A stretch of 64,000 bases of DNA from the human T2T-CHM13v2.0 reference genome, Homo sapiens. The position numbers and the translations under genes were made by a program. The DNA is taken from the NCBI RefSeq assembly GCF_009914755.1, contig NC_060946.1; one strand, 5' to 3'. The notes under the pieces were generated by a model, which ran no database searches, had not been told where the DNA came from, and worked only from the letters and a program-made list of their open reading frames with translations. How positions within the stretch are numbered: the stretch's first letter is position 1; every line of letters begins with the position of its first letter. Shown in pieces: positions 33,336 to 53,198 of the stretch.

Positions 33336-33389
33336 TGTTTCTGTTCACTGTAAAAAGAAACACAAGCGAGAGGAGGAGGAGGATGATGA
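33336..33389 (+). CDS. CCDC117: CCDC117 exon 2
   Basis: AACAG acceptor; VSVHCKKKHKREEEEDD; GTAAGT donor. Confidence 0.93.
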
Positions 33390-33647
33390 GTAAGTTTCAG
33401 TGGTTGTTTATTCACTCTGTGGTCACCGTTAGTTGAACCCCTGTTATAGTCTAAATTACTTAAGTGAAAAGGTGAAACATTAGATGAGTGTCTCTGGAAA
33501 GAGACACAGAAATTAGTGACATTGGTTGTCTTTTAGAGAAAGTAACAGTGGCAGGCAGACAGGTCAGAGGGAAACTTTTCGCTCTATAACAAGTTGTAAT
33601 ATTTGGATTTTGAGCCATGTTAATATTACATGCACAAAGTAAAATAA

Positions 33648-33884
<237 letters not shown>

Positions 33885-34763
33885 TAGCCAGGGTGGTCTT
33901 GATCTTCTGACTTCATGATCCTCCCGCCTCAGCCTCCCAAAGTGCTGAGATTACAGGCCTGAGCCGCCCCGGCCTGAAAAGTCTTTTTTTTTTTTTTTTT
34001 TTTTAAAGTCAGGGGCTCTGTCACCCAAGCTGGAGTGCAGTTGTGTGATCACAGCTCACTGCAGCCTCAAACTCCTTGGGCTCAAATGATCCCTCAGCTT
34101 CAGCCTCCTGAACAGCTGAGACTACAGACTTGTGCCACCAGGCTCAGCTAATTTTTTAAAAAATTTTTTGTAGAGATGGTGTCTCACTATGTTGCCCAGT
34201 CTGGTCATGAACTTCTGGCCTCAAGCAGTCCTCCCAACTCTGGGATTACAGGTGTGAACCGTCCCCCAGGCTGTATTACAAAATCTTTTACTCCACACCC
34301 CTAGTTTTCCCCACCAGAGACAACCCCCTTACCTGTTTTCATTGTCTCCTTTAGAAGATAATCTAAAAATTTACCAAGTTCACAAGTGTTTTTCTTTTTC
34401 TTTCTTTTTTTCTTTTTTGAGACAAGGCCTCATTCTGTCAGGCTGGAGTGCAGTGGCTGTGTTTTTACATTTGTAGGAAGATATGGTTCACACTGTGCAA
34501 CACATTGATCTTTTCATTTTACTCTTCTGTAGCTTGTTGCATATCAGCACATAGAGAGAGGTTTACGTAATTTCTCTTTCAATAGTTGAGTGGAGGCCAG
34601 GCGTGGTGGCTCACACCTGTAATCCCAGCACTTTGGGAGGCTGAGAAGGGCAGATCAGGAGGTCAGGAGTTTGAGACCAGCTTGGCCAGCATGGTGAAAC
34701 CCCATCTCTATTAAAATACAAAAATTAGCCATGGGTAGTGGTGCGTAACTGTAATGCCAGCTA

Positions 34764-34905
<142 letters not shown>

Positions 34906-35292
34906 CTATCGTAGGACTTGGTATAGATAATTAACCAATTTCCTATTGATGCATTTCTAAATTATTTCTAATCTTTTGCTATTACAATCTACCCTGACCA
35001 TTCTTTTGAAGTTCTTTGTATATGTTTGGAAGTATATGAATGATTTCCTTGACGTGGAATTGCTGGGTCTTAAAGTGTGTGCATTTTAAATTTTGAACGT
35101 GAGTTTTTGCCAATTTATATGCCCATTAACATCCTCTGAACACAAGTGTGTTTTTAAACTTCGGGATTGCTGCCCAACTAATAGATGAAAAATTATATCT
35201 CATAAACAGTCTAATAGAAAAAGAAGTAAGGCCAGGCGCGGTGGCTCACACCTGTAATCCCGGCACTTTGGGAAGCCGAGGCAGGTGGATCA

Positions 35293-35571
<279 letters not shown>

Positions 35572-37102
35572 TCAACCTCATTAGTCTTTAGGGAAATGTG
35601 TATTAAAGCCACAATGAGATGCCACTCTACCTCCAGATGTTGGGATGCGTGTGAAGCACCAGGAACTCTTAAATATGGGTAGGAGTGTAAATTGGGACCA
35701 TTAGGATCATTAGGCATCCACATTAAAGTCCTGATTTGGCATCCGGTGTGGTGCCTCATGCCTGTAATCCCAGCACTTGGGGAGGCCAGGGTGGGTGGAT
35801 TGCTTGAGCCCAGGAATTCAAGACCAGCCTGGCCAAAATGGTGAAACCCTGTCTCTACTAAATACAAAGAAATAGCTGGTGTGGTGGTGCGCCCCTGTGA
35901 TCCCAGCCACTCCAGAGACTGAGGCACGAGGAGAAGGCAGAGGTTACAGTGAGCCAAGATTGTGCCACTGCACTCCATCCTAGGCGACAGAGCAAGATTA
36001 GATTACCATTTTGGGATGCTGGCAGTATTGTATATCTTTTCTTTTTTTTTTTTTCCCTGGAGTTTTGCTCTGTTGCTCAGGCTGGAGTGCAGTAGCGCAG
36101 GCTCAGCTCACTGTCACCTCTGTCTCAGGTTCAAGCGATTCTCCTGCCTCATCCTCCCAAGTAGCTGGGATTACAGGCGCGTGCCACCATGCCCAGCTAA
36201 TTTTTTTTTTTTTTGAGACGGAGTTTCGCTCTTGTTGCCCAGGCTGGAGCGCAATGGTGCAATCTCAGCTCAGCACAACCTCTCCCTCCCAGCTTCAAGC
36301 AGTTCTCCTGCCTCAGCCTCCTGAATAGCTGGGATTACAGGCATGTGCCTCCATGCTTGGCTAATTTTGCATTTTTAGTAGAGATGGGGTTTCTGCATTT
36401 TGGTCAGGCTGGTCTGGAACTTCCGACTTCGGATGATCCTCTCGCCTTGGCCTCCCAAAGTGCTGGGATTACAGGCGTGAGCCACCGCACCCAACCAATT
36501 TTTTGTATTTTTAGTAGAGAAAGGGTTGTGCCATGTTGGCCAGGCTGGTCTAAAACTCATGACTTCAAGTAATCTGCCCGCCTTGGCCTTCCAAAGTGCT
36601 AGGATTACAGGCGTGAGCTACTGTGCCTGGCCAGTATACTGTAGCTGTTTTTTTTTTTTTTTTTTGAGATGGCATCTTGCTCTCTTGTCCAGGGTGGAGT
36701 GCAGTGGCGCAATCTCGGCTCCCTCGGCACAACCTCTGCCTCCCGGGTTCAAGTGATTCTCCTGCCTCAGCCTCCCATGTAGCTGGGACTACAGGCGTGT
36801 GATAATTTTTTGTATCTTTGGTACAGACGGGGTTTCACCATGTTAGCCAGGATGGTCTCAATCTCCTGACCTTGTGATTCGCTCGCCCGCTGGCCCTGGC
36901 CTCCCAAAGTGCTGGAATTACAGTTGTGAGCCACTGCGCCTGGCCTATTCTATATCTTAAATTATATTGTCATCATTGTTTGTTTTGTAATTATTTGTTA
37001 AGCTGTATGTTTGATGTAATTTTATGTTTGTAGAATTTTATAGTTAAAAAGGTTAAAGAAGTTTAGATTGTGATTTAATTTATATTTGTTAATTATAAGT
37101 GA

Positions 37103-37357
<255 letters not shown>

Positions 37358-40300
37358 TGATCCACCCGCCTCAGCCTCCCAAAGCTCTGGATTACAGGCG
37401 TGAGCCACTGCTCCTGGCTGTTTATGCAAATTTTCTATTGGCTTATTGATCTTTTTCTTATAGGAATTTTTTTTTTTTTTTGAGATGTATCCTCGCTCTG
37501 TTGCCCAGGTTGCAGTACAGTCGCACGATCAGGGTTCACTGCAACCTCTGCTTCCTGGGTTCAAGCAATTCTCTCAGCCTCCCGAGTAGCTGGGATTACA
37601 GGTGCGTGCCACCACGCCCGGCAAATTTTTTGCATTGTTAGTAAAGGCAGGGTTTCACCCTGTTAGCCAGGATGGTCTCTATCTCCTGACCTTGTGATCC
37701 GCCCGCCTCGGCCTCCCAAAGTGGCCTCGGCCTCCCAAAGTGCTGGGATTATAGTCGTGAGCCACCACGTCCTGCCAGGAAATCTTTATTAAGGAATGTT
37801 TTCTTCAAATTTATCCTTTGTCTTTTAACTTTGTGTATGATTCTTTTTGCCATTGGACACTTTGGATTTTCTAAACTTGTTGATACATAGATTCATAAAA
37901 CATTAAATTTGAAAGTTCCCTTAATTTAAAAATCACTAGGTCGGGTGCGGTGGCTCATGCCTGTAATCCTAGCACTTTGGGAGGCCGAGGCAGGCAGATC
38001 ACCTCAGATCAGTAGTTTGAGACCAGCCTGGCCAACATGGTGAAACCTCTTCTCTCTTAAAAATACAAAAGTCAGCCGGGCGTGGTGGTGCGCACCTGTA
38101 GTCCCAGCTACTCGGGGGGCTGAGGCGGGAGAATTGCTTGAACCCAGGAGACGGAGGTTGCAGTGAGGCCCACTGAACAGAAAATATTTATGTTCTTTAT
38201 TGCCTTAGGATTACTGTGGATAACACAGGAAACTTTTTGCTTTTATCTTTTGCGGTTCTCTCTTAAGATGTTATTATAGATGCTAAAATAAATAAATAAA
38301 AAGTTTAAAGTATAGAAACTATCGGCTTAAAAAGTTAACCATCTTTAATTTACAAATGGAGAAGTTGAGGCCTTGGGAGGCAGTGGGATGAGATATTTGG
38401 ATGTCTAATGCCCAGAAGCGTGCTATCATATTATCTTTGGGACTTAATTATCAGTGATCTCTATTTAGAAAGTGGACCTACAGGCATGAAATAACTTAGT
38501 CTAAATCATGTTGTTGGAGGTCAGAGCGCAGAACCCAGGTGTTAAACTTTATTTGCATTTTATAGTGGAATTATTAGATGTGTGGGGAAATTACCTGTTC
38601 CCTTTAGATTTATTTTGCTTTTTGGGGATGTGGACTCTCACTGTGTTGCTCAGGCTGGTCTCAAACACTGGGCTCAAGTGATCTCCTCCCTCAGCCTCCC
38701 AAGTAGCTGGAACTGTAGGCACACACCACGACACTCGCCTTATTCTGCTTTTTCTTAGCTGTTTTTTGTAAGTATAACTATTTTCTGCTTTTCAAAATAT
38801 CACATTATTTATTTATTTATTTATTTTTGAGACGGAGCCTTGGTCTGTCGCCCAGGCTGGAGTGCAGTGACGCAATCTTGGCTCACTGCAACCTCCCCCC
38901 TCCTGGGTTCAAGCGATTCTCCTGCCTTGGCCTTCCTAGTAGCTGGGATTAAAGGTGCGTGCCACTGCGCCCAGCTTTTTTTTTTTGTATTTTTAGTGGA
39001 GACGGGGTTTCACCATGTTGGCCAGGCTCATCTCAAACTCTTGCCCTCAAGTGATCCACCTGCCTCGGCCTCCCAAAGTGCTGGGATTACAGGCATGAAC
39101 TACCGTGTCCGGCCTAAAATATCCCATATTTTAAAACTATTGAAATATGACAGAAATGTTAGATATAGCTGAACATTCTTAATGCTTTCTTAGGAGTTAA
39201 AACTAATTATAAACCAAACATTTTGTTTAATAGTTGACTGCATTAAAAAAAATCTAGGTTTGAGAGATCTGTTACTTGTCAGATTTTATATTGCCAGAGA
39301 CTTTAATGTTGGTTTTCACAGTCTTAACATGGAATAGAAATTTCTTTTTGTAAAATACATGCCTCTTCTTTGGCCCTCAGTTTAAAGAATCAGAGGCTGT
39401 GGTAGCCATTAATGATTTTTTTTGGTTATAAAGCTGTATTCTGGCCTTGAGACTGTACTTGCTGATGCCCAGGCAATAAAGTACTTTTGGTCTACGTACA
39501 TAATAGAACAGGGCCGATTGACTATTCAGCTTGCTTCAGACAGCTTTCAGCTAAACACTGGGTATATCGTAGTGCTTGCAAATACTACTTGGTGGTAAGC
39601 ACTTGAACAGTTGAACCTCCCTAAGAAGGTACAGGGAGTTAGTAAAAATGGCATGGAGATATGATTCAGCAGCTCTTGTGTCTGGTCCTCAAGATAAACT
39701 CACTACTTTACGGTGACACTTTGGAGAAGCCGGGTTAGTTTTTCTAGGTCCTAGTTTCCAAATAAAAAAAAATGGATTTGATGAATTCTAAAGTTTCTAT
39801 GAAATACAAATTTGTTCAGGATGTGAAGACATTATGTTGCAAAGTGGGAGAAAATTGGACCCCACTATTGGTTGGACACTGATAGAGCCTCTGACATTTT
39901 GAAGGGGACCAAGAAATTAATGCTGTCACCCACACCTGTAATATTAATACTTTGAACAAACCTCATGAGACATGTTTTTGCCCTAAGGGAATATAGAATG
40001 GCTGCCAGACCATCTTCCTATATGTTTGATGGAGCAGTAGCAGTATGACTAAATATGATGCTGAATTGCTGACTTTTGGTTTCTTTTTTTCATTCATTCA
40101 TTCATTCATTCATGGTTTGAATTAGCGTCTCACTATGTTGCCCAAGCTGGTCTTGAACTCTGGGCTCAAGTGATCTTCCCACCTCAGCCATTCCAAGTGC
40201 TGGTATTACAGGTGTGAGCCACCACACCTAGCCAACTTTTGGTTTCTTTACTTCCCACTTGACCTTTCCAGAGCCAAATAAGCAGGAATGACTTTAAGGT

Positions 40301-40556
40301 CCCACATTGAACACTTACTGTCTGAACAGGCAGAATCTTACAGGTGCATCTTTATTTGGCAAAGAGCAGTAGAAGAAAACAGTTTAGTGTGGCTGTGAGA
40401 ATAGCAGGAAAAATACGCAGTATTTTCCATCTTGTTACTACACACTTGTCAAAAAAGCTAGTTTTTTAAATACAAAAACTTGATTGGAGATAGGAATGAT
40501 AAACATTTCATTTATATTAGTTGGGATTTTCATTGAATTTTTTTTCTTTTTTTCAG

Positions 40557-40781
40557 TTGTCCAGTAAGAAAGAAAAGGATAACTGAAGCAGAGCTCTGTG
40601 CTGGTCCTAATGACTGGATTCTTTGTGCACATCAGGATGTAGAGGGGCATGGAGTAAATCCCAGTGTTAGTGGCCTTTCCATACCTGGGATATTAGATGT
40701 TATTTGTGAAGAAATGGATCAGACAACTGGAGAACCACAGTGTGAAGTTGCCCGAAGGAAGCTTCAGGAGATTGAGGACAG
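40557..40781 (+). CDS. CCDC117: CCDC117 exon 3
   Basis: TTTCAG acceptor; CPVRKKRITEAELC...RRKLQEIED; GTAAAT donor. Confidence 0.94.
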
Positions 40782-40957
40782 GTAAATGGGCAGTGTATAT
40801 AGCTGGTTTTTTGCTGTTCTCTTGTAATAACTCTGCTCATATAAGCTAGTTCTGTTTATCATTTGGTGATACCTTGATCCTTAGCCTCTCAGAAAGACTA
40901 AGTCAGATAATTCAAAGTGTATTCGTTTTTGTTTTTTTGTTTTGTTTTGTTTTTTAG

Positions 40958-41113
<156 letters not shown>

Positions 41114-41676
41114 TAATAGAGATGGGGTTTCTCCATTTTGGTCAGGCTGGTCTGGAACACATGACCTCAGGTGATCCCCCTGTCTCGGCCTCCCAAAGTG
41201 CTGGGATTACAGGCGTGAGCCACACCACCCAGCCCCCCCCCTTTTTTTTTTTTAAATTGATACAGGGTCTTGCTTTGTCACCCAGGTTGGAGTGCAGTGG
41301 CTCACTGCAGTCTTAACCTTTCAGGCTCAACCCATCTGCCCCCCTCAGCCTCCCAAGTGGCTGGGACTGCAGGCATGTGCCACCACCCCTGGCTAATCTT
41401 CGTATCTTTTGTAGAGACGGGATTTCGCCATGTCGCCCAAGCTGGTCACGCATTCCTGGGCTCGAGCAAGCCGCCTGCCTCGGCATCCCAAAGTGCTGGG
41501 ATTACAGGCATGAGCTACTGTGCCGGGCCAGTCTACTGAGCCTTTTTTTTTTTTTTTTTTTTTTTTTGAAACAGTGTTGCTCTGTCACCCAGGCTGGAGT
41601 ACAATGGTGTGAACTCGGCGCTCACTGCAACCTCCGCCTCCCAGGTTCAAGCAATTCACTTGCCTCAGCCTCCTGA

Positions 41677-41853
<177 letters not shown>

Positions 41854-42352
41854 TGAGTAGCTGGGATTGCAGGTGCCTGCCATCACACCTGGCTAATTTT
41901 TGTATTTTTAGTAAAGATGGGGTTTCACCACGTTGGCCAGGCTGGTCTCGAACTCCGGACCTTGTGGTCCGCCTGCCTCTGCCTCCCAGAGGGCTGGGAT
42001 TACAGGCATGAGCCATTGCACCCGGCCTTTTTTTGTATATTTAGTAGAGACAGGGTTTTGTGATGTTGGCCAGGCTGGTCTGGAGCTTCTGGCCTCAGGT
42101 GATCTGCCTATCTCAGCCTCCTCAAGTACTGGGATTACAAGTGTGAGCCACCACGCCCAGCCCCGAAGTATGTGCTTTTAAAGTGAATTCTTCTCATAGA
42201 ACTACTGAGCGTTTTCACTTACTGCCTCTGAGTATTAATTTTGGTTTATGTGATAATTCTCTGAAATATTATTCAGATTTGATTATATGTAAAACTTTTT
42301 CGTTAAATGAAATGTTGAACAACCCTCTGAGTATAGTTTTTTTTTGTTTTGA

Positions 42353-42460
<108 letters not shown>

Positions 42461-42798
42461 TAGCCGGATTACAGGCATGTGTCACCACACCCGACAAATT
42501 TTTCTATTTTTAGTAGAGATAGGGTTTCACCATGTTGGCCAGGCTCTTCTCGAACTCCTAACCTCAGGTGATCTGCCCGCCTCGGCCTCCCAAAGTGCTG
42601 GGATTACAGGTGTGAGCCACCACACCCGGCCTGAGTATACCTTTTATACTCAGGTATAGCCTCATTTTTTGCTTGTTCTATTGCTGTATTACTTACTGCT
42701 TTTATCCTTTTTTATTTTTAAAATTTTGTCCAAATACTAGAATATATAATAGCTTGACTAAATATTTTTTCTTTCTTCTGCTGCCTTAATTGATTTAG

Positions 42799-42936
42799 GA
42801 TAATTGATGAAGATGAAGAAGTTGAAGCTGACAGAAATGTTAACCATCTCCCCAGTCTTGTCCTTTCTGATACCATGAAAACAGGTTTGAAGAGGGAATT
42901 TGATGAAGTTTTTACAAAGAAAATGATTGAGTCTAT
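42799..42936 (+). CDS. CCDC117: CCDC117 exon 4
   Basis: TTTAG acceptor; [13 protein letters not shown]...FTKKMIES; GTAAGT donor. Confidence 0.94.
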
Positions 42937-44440
42937 GTAAGTTTTGGTACCTGATTTCTATTTAATTATGATCTTGGAGGGAAGACCCAATGTCTAGATT
43001 CTGCCCACCCTGTCCTCATTAGCTCTTTTTATCTCCTGATCACCAGGCAATTGGAGATTGGCTTTTTCCTAGTTCATTAGGGGTGAGCAAAGTGCTTTAC
43101 AAGCAGGAGTTTGAAGTATGGGGAAGTGGCTGCCTTGCCTACTTACTCTTTGGTTCCTTTGAAGACCTGAAATGGACTGCAGTCTGCTATTTGGAAATGA
43201 GATGACTGGCAAGAGAGCCCACTCTCAAGTTCCTGTGATACAGGAACCACATTTTAAAGGCTCTTGTTTACCTGGCTTTCTAAGTGACCCAGGAACAACA
43301 TTGCGGCCTAGGAAAAAAAATAAAGTGGCCCAACAGTGAAAGCAGTTGCTGCAAAGACTGCAAAACAAAGCTCATATTCTTGGCTCATAGCATAGTCCTT
43401 CCAGGCCTTTAGCAGAACTGTTTTGCTCTTAATCTAAACACAGTTTATGAGCTCAGTTATCTGGTTTCCTAGATCATCAGAGTAGAAGCAGAAACAGCAA
43501 ATGAGAGCAGAACAAACAAAACTCCTAACAGGGAGCTGTGACTACACTGTGAGGACAAGAGAGGAAACTGGAAAGCAAACACAATAACCTAAAAAGTAAA
43601 GTGGCCTGGGGCCCCTGAGTAATGATTAGCCCAGCTCTAATCCTGTAGTCCGTGAAGCCTCCGTGATCTCAAATTGTCATTATTCACTATGTAAAATAGT
43701 AAGGAAGTTAGTTATAAAGTGCCTAGGAAAGACTTTAGATCGAGTTGGCACTCAATAAGGGCAAGTTTCAGGTATCTGAAAAAGCCTCTTAGGACACCAG
43801 TCAGTGAGGGCAGATAGGTGAGGCATTATTACCTTTGGATACAGTGGAGATGATTTGTGCTAGAAGTTCAGCTGCTATTTGGTCTTTGATCACAGAGGTT
43901 TTGCATTAGGGTCCTATCTTGAGCTTATAATTAAGTACCCATCCCTAAGGGTGGGTAAATAGCCAGAAGTAAGCTGGTCACGTTGCCCTCCAGCCTAAAA
44001 TATAGCACTTTCTGCTTTTGGTAGTTTTCCAGAAGCTAGCCTTTGAGGGTATCTCGTTTTTTTTGTTGTTGTTGTTGTTGAGATGGAGTCTCGCTCTGTT
44101 GCCCAGGCTGGAGTGCAGTGGCCTGATCTTGGCTCACTGCAAGCTCCGCCTCCCGGGTTCACGCCATTCTCCTGCTCAGCCTCCCGAGTAGCTGGGACTA
44201 CAGGCGCCTGCCACCTTGCCCGGCTAGTTTTTTGTATTTTTAGTAGAGTTGGAGTTTTCACCATGTTAGCCAGGATGGTCTCGATCTCCTGACCTTGTGA
44301 TCCACCCTCTTCGGCCTCCCAAAGTGCTGGGATTACAGGCGTGAGCCACCGCGCCCAGCCAAGGGTATCTCATTATTTTATGTTTTATTTTTGCTTCGTC
44401 TTTGGGCCCATACACCATCCCTGCCACAGTGTGTGTGTAA

Positions 44441-44764
<324 letters not shown>

Positions 44765-45383
44765 TGAGCCACTGTGCCTGGCCCATAAAGCATTATACTT
44801 TGTACCTATACTAAAAGGCATCTGAGATACTTTCAGCATGTTTGTCCAGTGTTTCCTTTTCATTTATAATGATTTAGTATGAGCTAGCTGCCTACATGTA
44901 ATATTAACCACAACTTAAAAAAATTTCCAACAATCAAGGGCTCTGCGTTTTCATATTGGATTTTTAAATACTTCCAATCACAGCATCATTACAACCACTT
45001 GATTTGGTTAAATATACATGTTGAAGTGTGCAATGTTATGTATTTGAGGGGCCTTTCTAAAGATCAGTTGGAGCCAGGCATGGTGGTATGTGCCTGTAGT
45101 CCTAATTACTGGGAAGGCTGAAGTGGGTAGATTGCTTGACCCCAGGAGTTAAAGGCTGCGGTGAGCTATGACTGTGCCACTGTACTCCACTGTGGACAAC
45201 ACAGCAAGACCCCATCTCTTAAAAAAAAAAAAAAAAGAAAGTAAAGATCAGTTTGTGTGTTCTAAATCTCCTGTTTTGCTATCATCAGTCCTTAAGATAC
45301 TAGGTAATGTTGGCTTTTCAACCTACAGCTTTTGTTTTCATGTCCTAAAATTTTTTGATAAAAGTCTGTATTTTATGTCTTAG

Positions 45384-45621
45384 GAGCCGTCCTTCCATGG
45401 AGCTTGTTCTCTGGAAACCCCTCCCTGAACTCCTTTCTGATAAGCCAAAGCCATCCTCTAATACTAAGAACTATACAGGAGAGAGCCAAGCTAAGCATGT
45501 AGCTGCTGGCACTGCCTTCCCTCAGAGAACTGAACTGTTTTCGGAACCTCGGCCAACAGGGATGTCTCTTTATAATAGTTTGGAGACAGCTACTAGCACA
45601 GAAGAAGAGATGGAACTCTAG
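45384..45621 (+). CDS. CCDC117: CCDC117 exon 5 coding part to stop
   Basis: CTTAG acceptor; SRPSMELVLWKPLP...STEEEMEL, TAG. Confidence 0.94.
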
Positions 45622-48590
45622 AAACCAATTTCTACACTAAAGTTGTCAAATGTTAGAAGAATCCTGTGTTCAGTTATGAGACTCTTTGCATAGTATAGGG
45701 ACTTGAAAGTTTTATGAGACGGGTGTAATAATATCTCCACCTGTGATTTGGGGGTGGGACTCTTATTTTGGGTAGCCATTTATTGACTTCACCTTTTTGC
45801 CAAGGAAGTTTGTCTCAAGGGAAAAGCAGTTTTCTGTGGGGCTTATTAAAGGAATGTTGGTTTACATTGTCTTCAAAGACAAGTATAGAAGCTGTATGTG
45901 TAAGGGTGACTTAAATCATATGTCACATTGTCTAAACTATTCAGACACTTGGAGAATATTCTCCTTGAATTAAAAAAGATGATTAAGAAGGATGCTCCTA
46001 CAACTGTATCCTGACAGTTAAGTCACAGCTTAATGTGTAGATATGAGCTGTTTACAGTGGTGACTATATATAATTGGGGAGAAGAAGGGAAGAGAGCAGC
46101 AGTAGCTTAAGCCTGTTGCTAAGAAATTTAATTTCTTAGCAACTTGTAATTTAGTTATCAATTCAATATAGCTCTGTTGATTAAATAGCCGATAGTATTG
46201 TGGCTCTCCTCTTTGACTATGAAAATATAGAGAAAGTTTTTTCTTTAAGGCTTTTTTGCCTTGTGCCACTGTTGCTCCTTGGTTTCCCTTGCGTAATTGA
46301 TAAGCCCAGTTATTCAGTAATGTTTACAAATTAATTGACTTTGATAGTTAAAAGATTATGAGGTAACCCATCTGCAATTTGCCTGTGGGAGAAGCATCCT
46401 TTAGTTCATCTTAAGGAAGTGCTTTATCAGCTAAACCCAGCATTGATAACTTTGGTAATTTTTTTAAAAAGTTATACTTGTATTAGCAAGTTTTTTTTTT
46501 TTTCCCCCACCGCAACCTCCATCTCCCGGGTTCAAGCAATTCTCCTGCCTCACCCTCCCAAGTAGCTGGGATTACAGGTGCCCACCTCCACGCCCAGCTA
46601 ATTTTTGTATTTTTAATAGAGACCGGTTTTGCCATGTTGGCCAGGCTGGTCTCGAACTCCTGACCTCAGGTGATCTGCCCACCCCAGCCTCCCAAAATGC
46701 TGGGATTACAGGCGTGAGCCACGGCACGCAGCCAGCAAGTTGTTTTTAAATGTTAATATAGAAAACAGTGAAGGATTAGCTGAAAATATATGAGCAGGTG
46801 ACATTGAGGTTTACTGAAATAGCCAATTTGACTGGTGCTTAGACTATTGTGCAGTAAACCTAAAAGGTAGTGGAGAATTGCTTCCTGCTAGCAGGAAGCC
46901 TTCATCTTCTTGAGTACCCAAACCAGGCTTCAGGTGTCCTTTGAGGATAGCCAGGTTTGAAATTTTTAGTTTCTCAGGAAGAGCTCTTCTATGTGGCAGG
47001 GGCTGATAGGGCAAAATAAAATGACAATTTCTTTATTGCTACAGAGTATCCTCTATAAGTTATTAAACGAGTGTAATGGTATAATGCCCTTCCATCACAC
47101 AACAGGACACCACCCCAGTTTTGTTTTCTGGGTTTCTTCCCCCTTTGTAGGAATCAGATACCTTTTGTAGAAAAAAATGGCTTATGCCACGTAAAGGTGA
47201 ATTTTTAGAAACCACCTTCTAGGCGTTTTTGGAACCCTTACTGAAATCCCTCCCCTTGTTACAGATGGCGTAGAAGTCACAAGTCTGTTAATTGGACTGT
47301 TGCTTCTTTGCCTGTTCCTGCTTTCTCTTTCTGTCTGGATAGTCAGGAAAAGATTTAATGTTTAATATTTAAACAAAATATTTAATGTCTATACAGTAAA
47401 ATTATTCAAACTTCAAACCAGTATTGAAAGCAGTTGGAAACCAGCTAATAGTTTCTTAATCTCAGATTTCGAGATGAATGTAAACTGTATTCTTTTGAAA
47501 TGTGCAAGTGTTTGATTCATGCCATTTGATAAACTTCTGCCTTGTAGTCATTGTTTGATGGGACCAACTTGTAAAGTATGAGCCTTAAATAAATCTCCAT
47601 GCTGAAAAATGTGTTCTAATGCAACACAAAAACATGAAGTGACTGCCCAGAGGTAGAGTTAGTGTTTAGGTGGAAAGGGAGATGACAGCTTTCCAAAGAA
47701 GGACCTAAAACACACCAAGATTGTCTTCTACAGGAATTGCTGGGCAGGTCTCCGACTAAAGGTCTTATGATGAAAAGGAAGAAACAAGCCCCCAACACAA
47801 GGCTCTGATACTACTGGTAAATGTAGGAGAGAATTAAGAATCTGTTAATTAAAATCCAAACAGAGCTTATTTCAGTAGTCAAGTTACCTGACATGATAAT
47901 TATTTCTGCAGGATAATTGATGTTTTATGTTCTTTTTTGGACTTTATCTTCTTGCAAAAATTTCTACAAAAATTGTTTTCTTCATCCTTGTGGTGCTTAT
48001 TCATCTGAGCCGTCTCCACAGTCCCAATGCCTCTGCTTTTTGTTTTACTTTTGTAGCATAAGGTTTTTGCTTTTGCTTTGCCTTAAGAGTTCCCTAGGGA
48101 GTTACCAGGGCTTTTCGTTTTGTGTAGCTTTTGCAGCATGGATCAAACATTGGCTTACTGTGCTAATGTGTGAAGAGAAAAAATTCTCTAAAGCAGGTGA
48201 GCTTTAATGAACAAATGTGTATTTTATCTGAGTTTGAGTAGGGTGCGTTGTGGATTTTGTTTTTTGGGTTTTTTTTTTTTTTTTGTAATTATATGAAGAA
48301 AGTCCAGTTCTCATAAATATTGATCACTTAAAAAACTTACTCTTTCTTGAAAAGGTACACATGTAAAATTTAGGAAAATAACTAAAGTAGGGGCTGGAAC
48401 CATAAGAATGTTTATCCGCACGTTCATTTATTATTTTGGATTTGGAACTTGGCTTTGTTTTTCAATAGTGACAAGAATGGTTCAGTTCTAGGAATGTTCT
48501 GGAAGATGCTGTTAATTTTACTTTAAAATGAGAATCTGGTGTTACTGTATTTTATCGTTTTCAATAAAACTTCTTAAGTGTTTTGGACTT
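45622..48590 (+). other. CCDC117: CCDC117 3'UTR (~3 kb) with one antisense Alu (~46491-46733)
   Basis: AT-rich, largely repeat-free stretch ending near AATAAA 48563; end position approximate. Confidence 0.75.
48563..48568 (+). terminator. CCDC117: CCDC117 poly(A) signal AATAAA
   Basis: Upstream TGTA, downstream GT/T-rich GTGTTTTGGACTTTT. Confidence 0.75.
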
Positions 48591-48876
48591 TTGAGATATT
48601 TGTATTACTCCACTTAAATAATGAAATCAGATATCTCCTTTCCTCTGAATTGTAGTTGAAGCAGCATTCATATCAGTGAAGGACTTAAATTTATCCTGAA
48701 GGGATGATTATGTTGGGATAAAGCTAAGTATCATATTTGAATTAGCTGTTCCCACAATAGGCAGGCCATGTGTTGCTATTCTAAAACCCATAGACTGCTT
48801 TCCACTCAGAGCAGTTCACTGCTATTGTTAGTATTTAGATGGCAGTGGTAACTGTGTATTCAAAAATGTTAAAATG

Positions 48877-53198
<4,322 letters not shown>

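Noticed and set aside
47917-48207. 96-aa Cys/Phe-rich ORF in the CCDC117 3'UTR
   Set aside because: Composition is explained by T-rich UTR sequence; no recognisable domain or promoter
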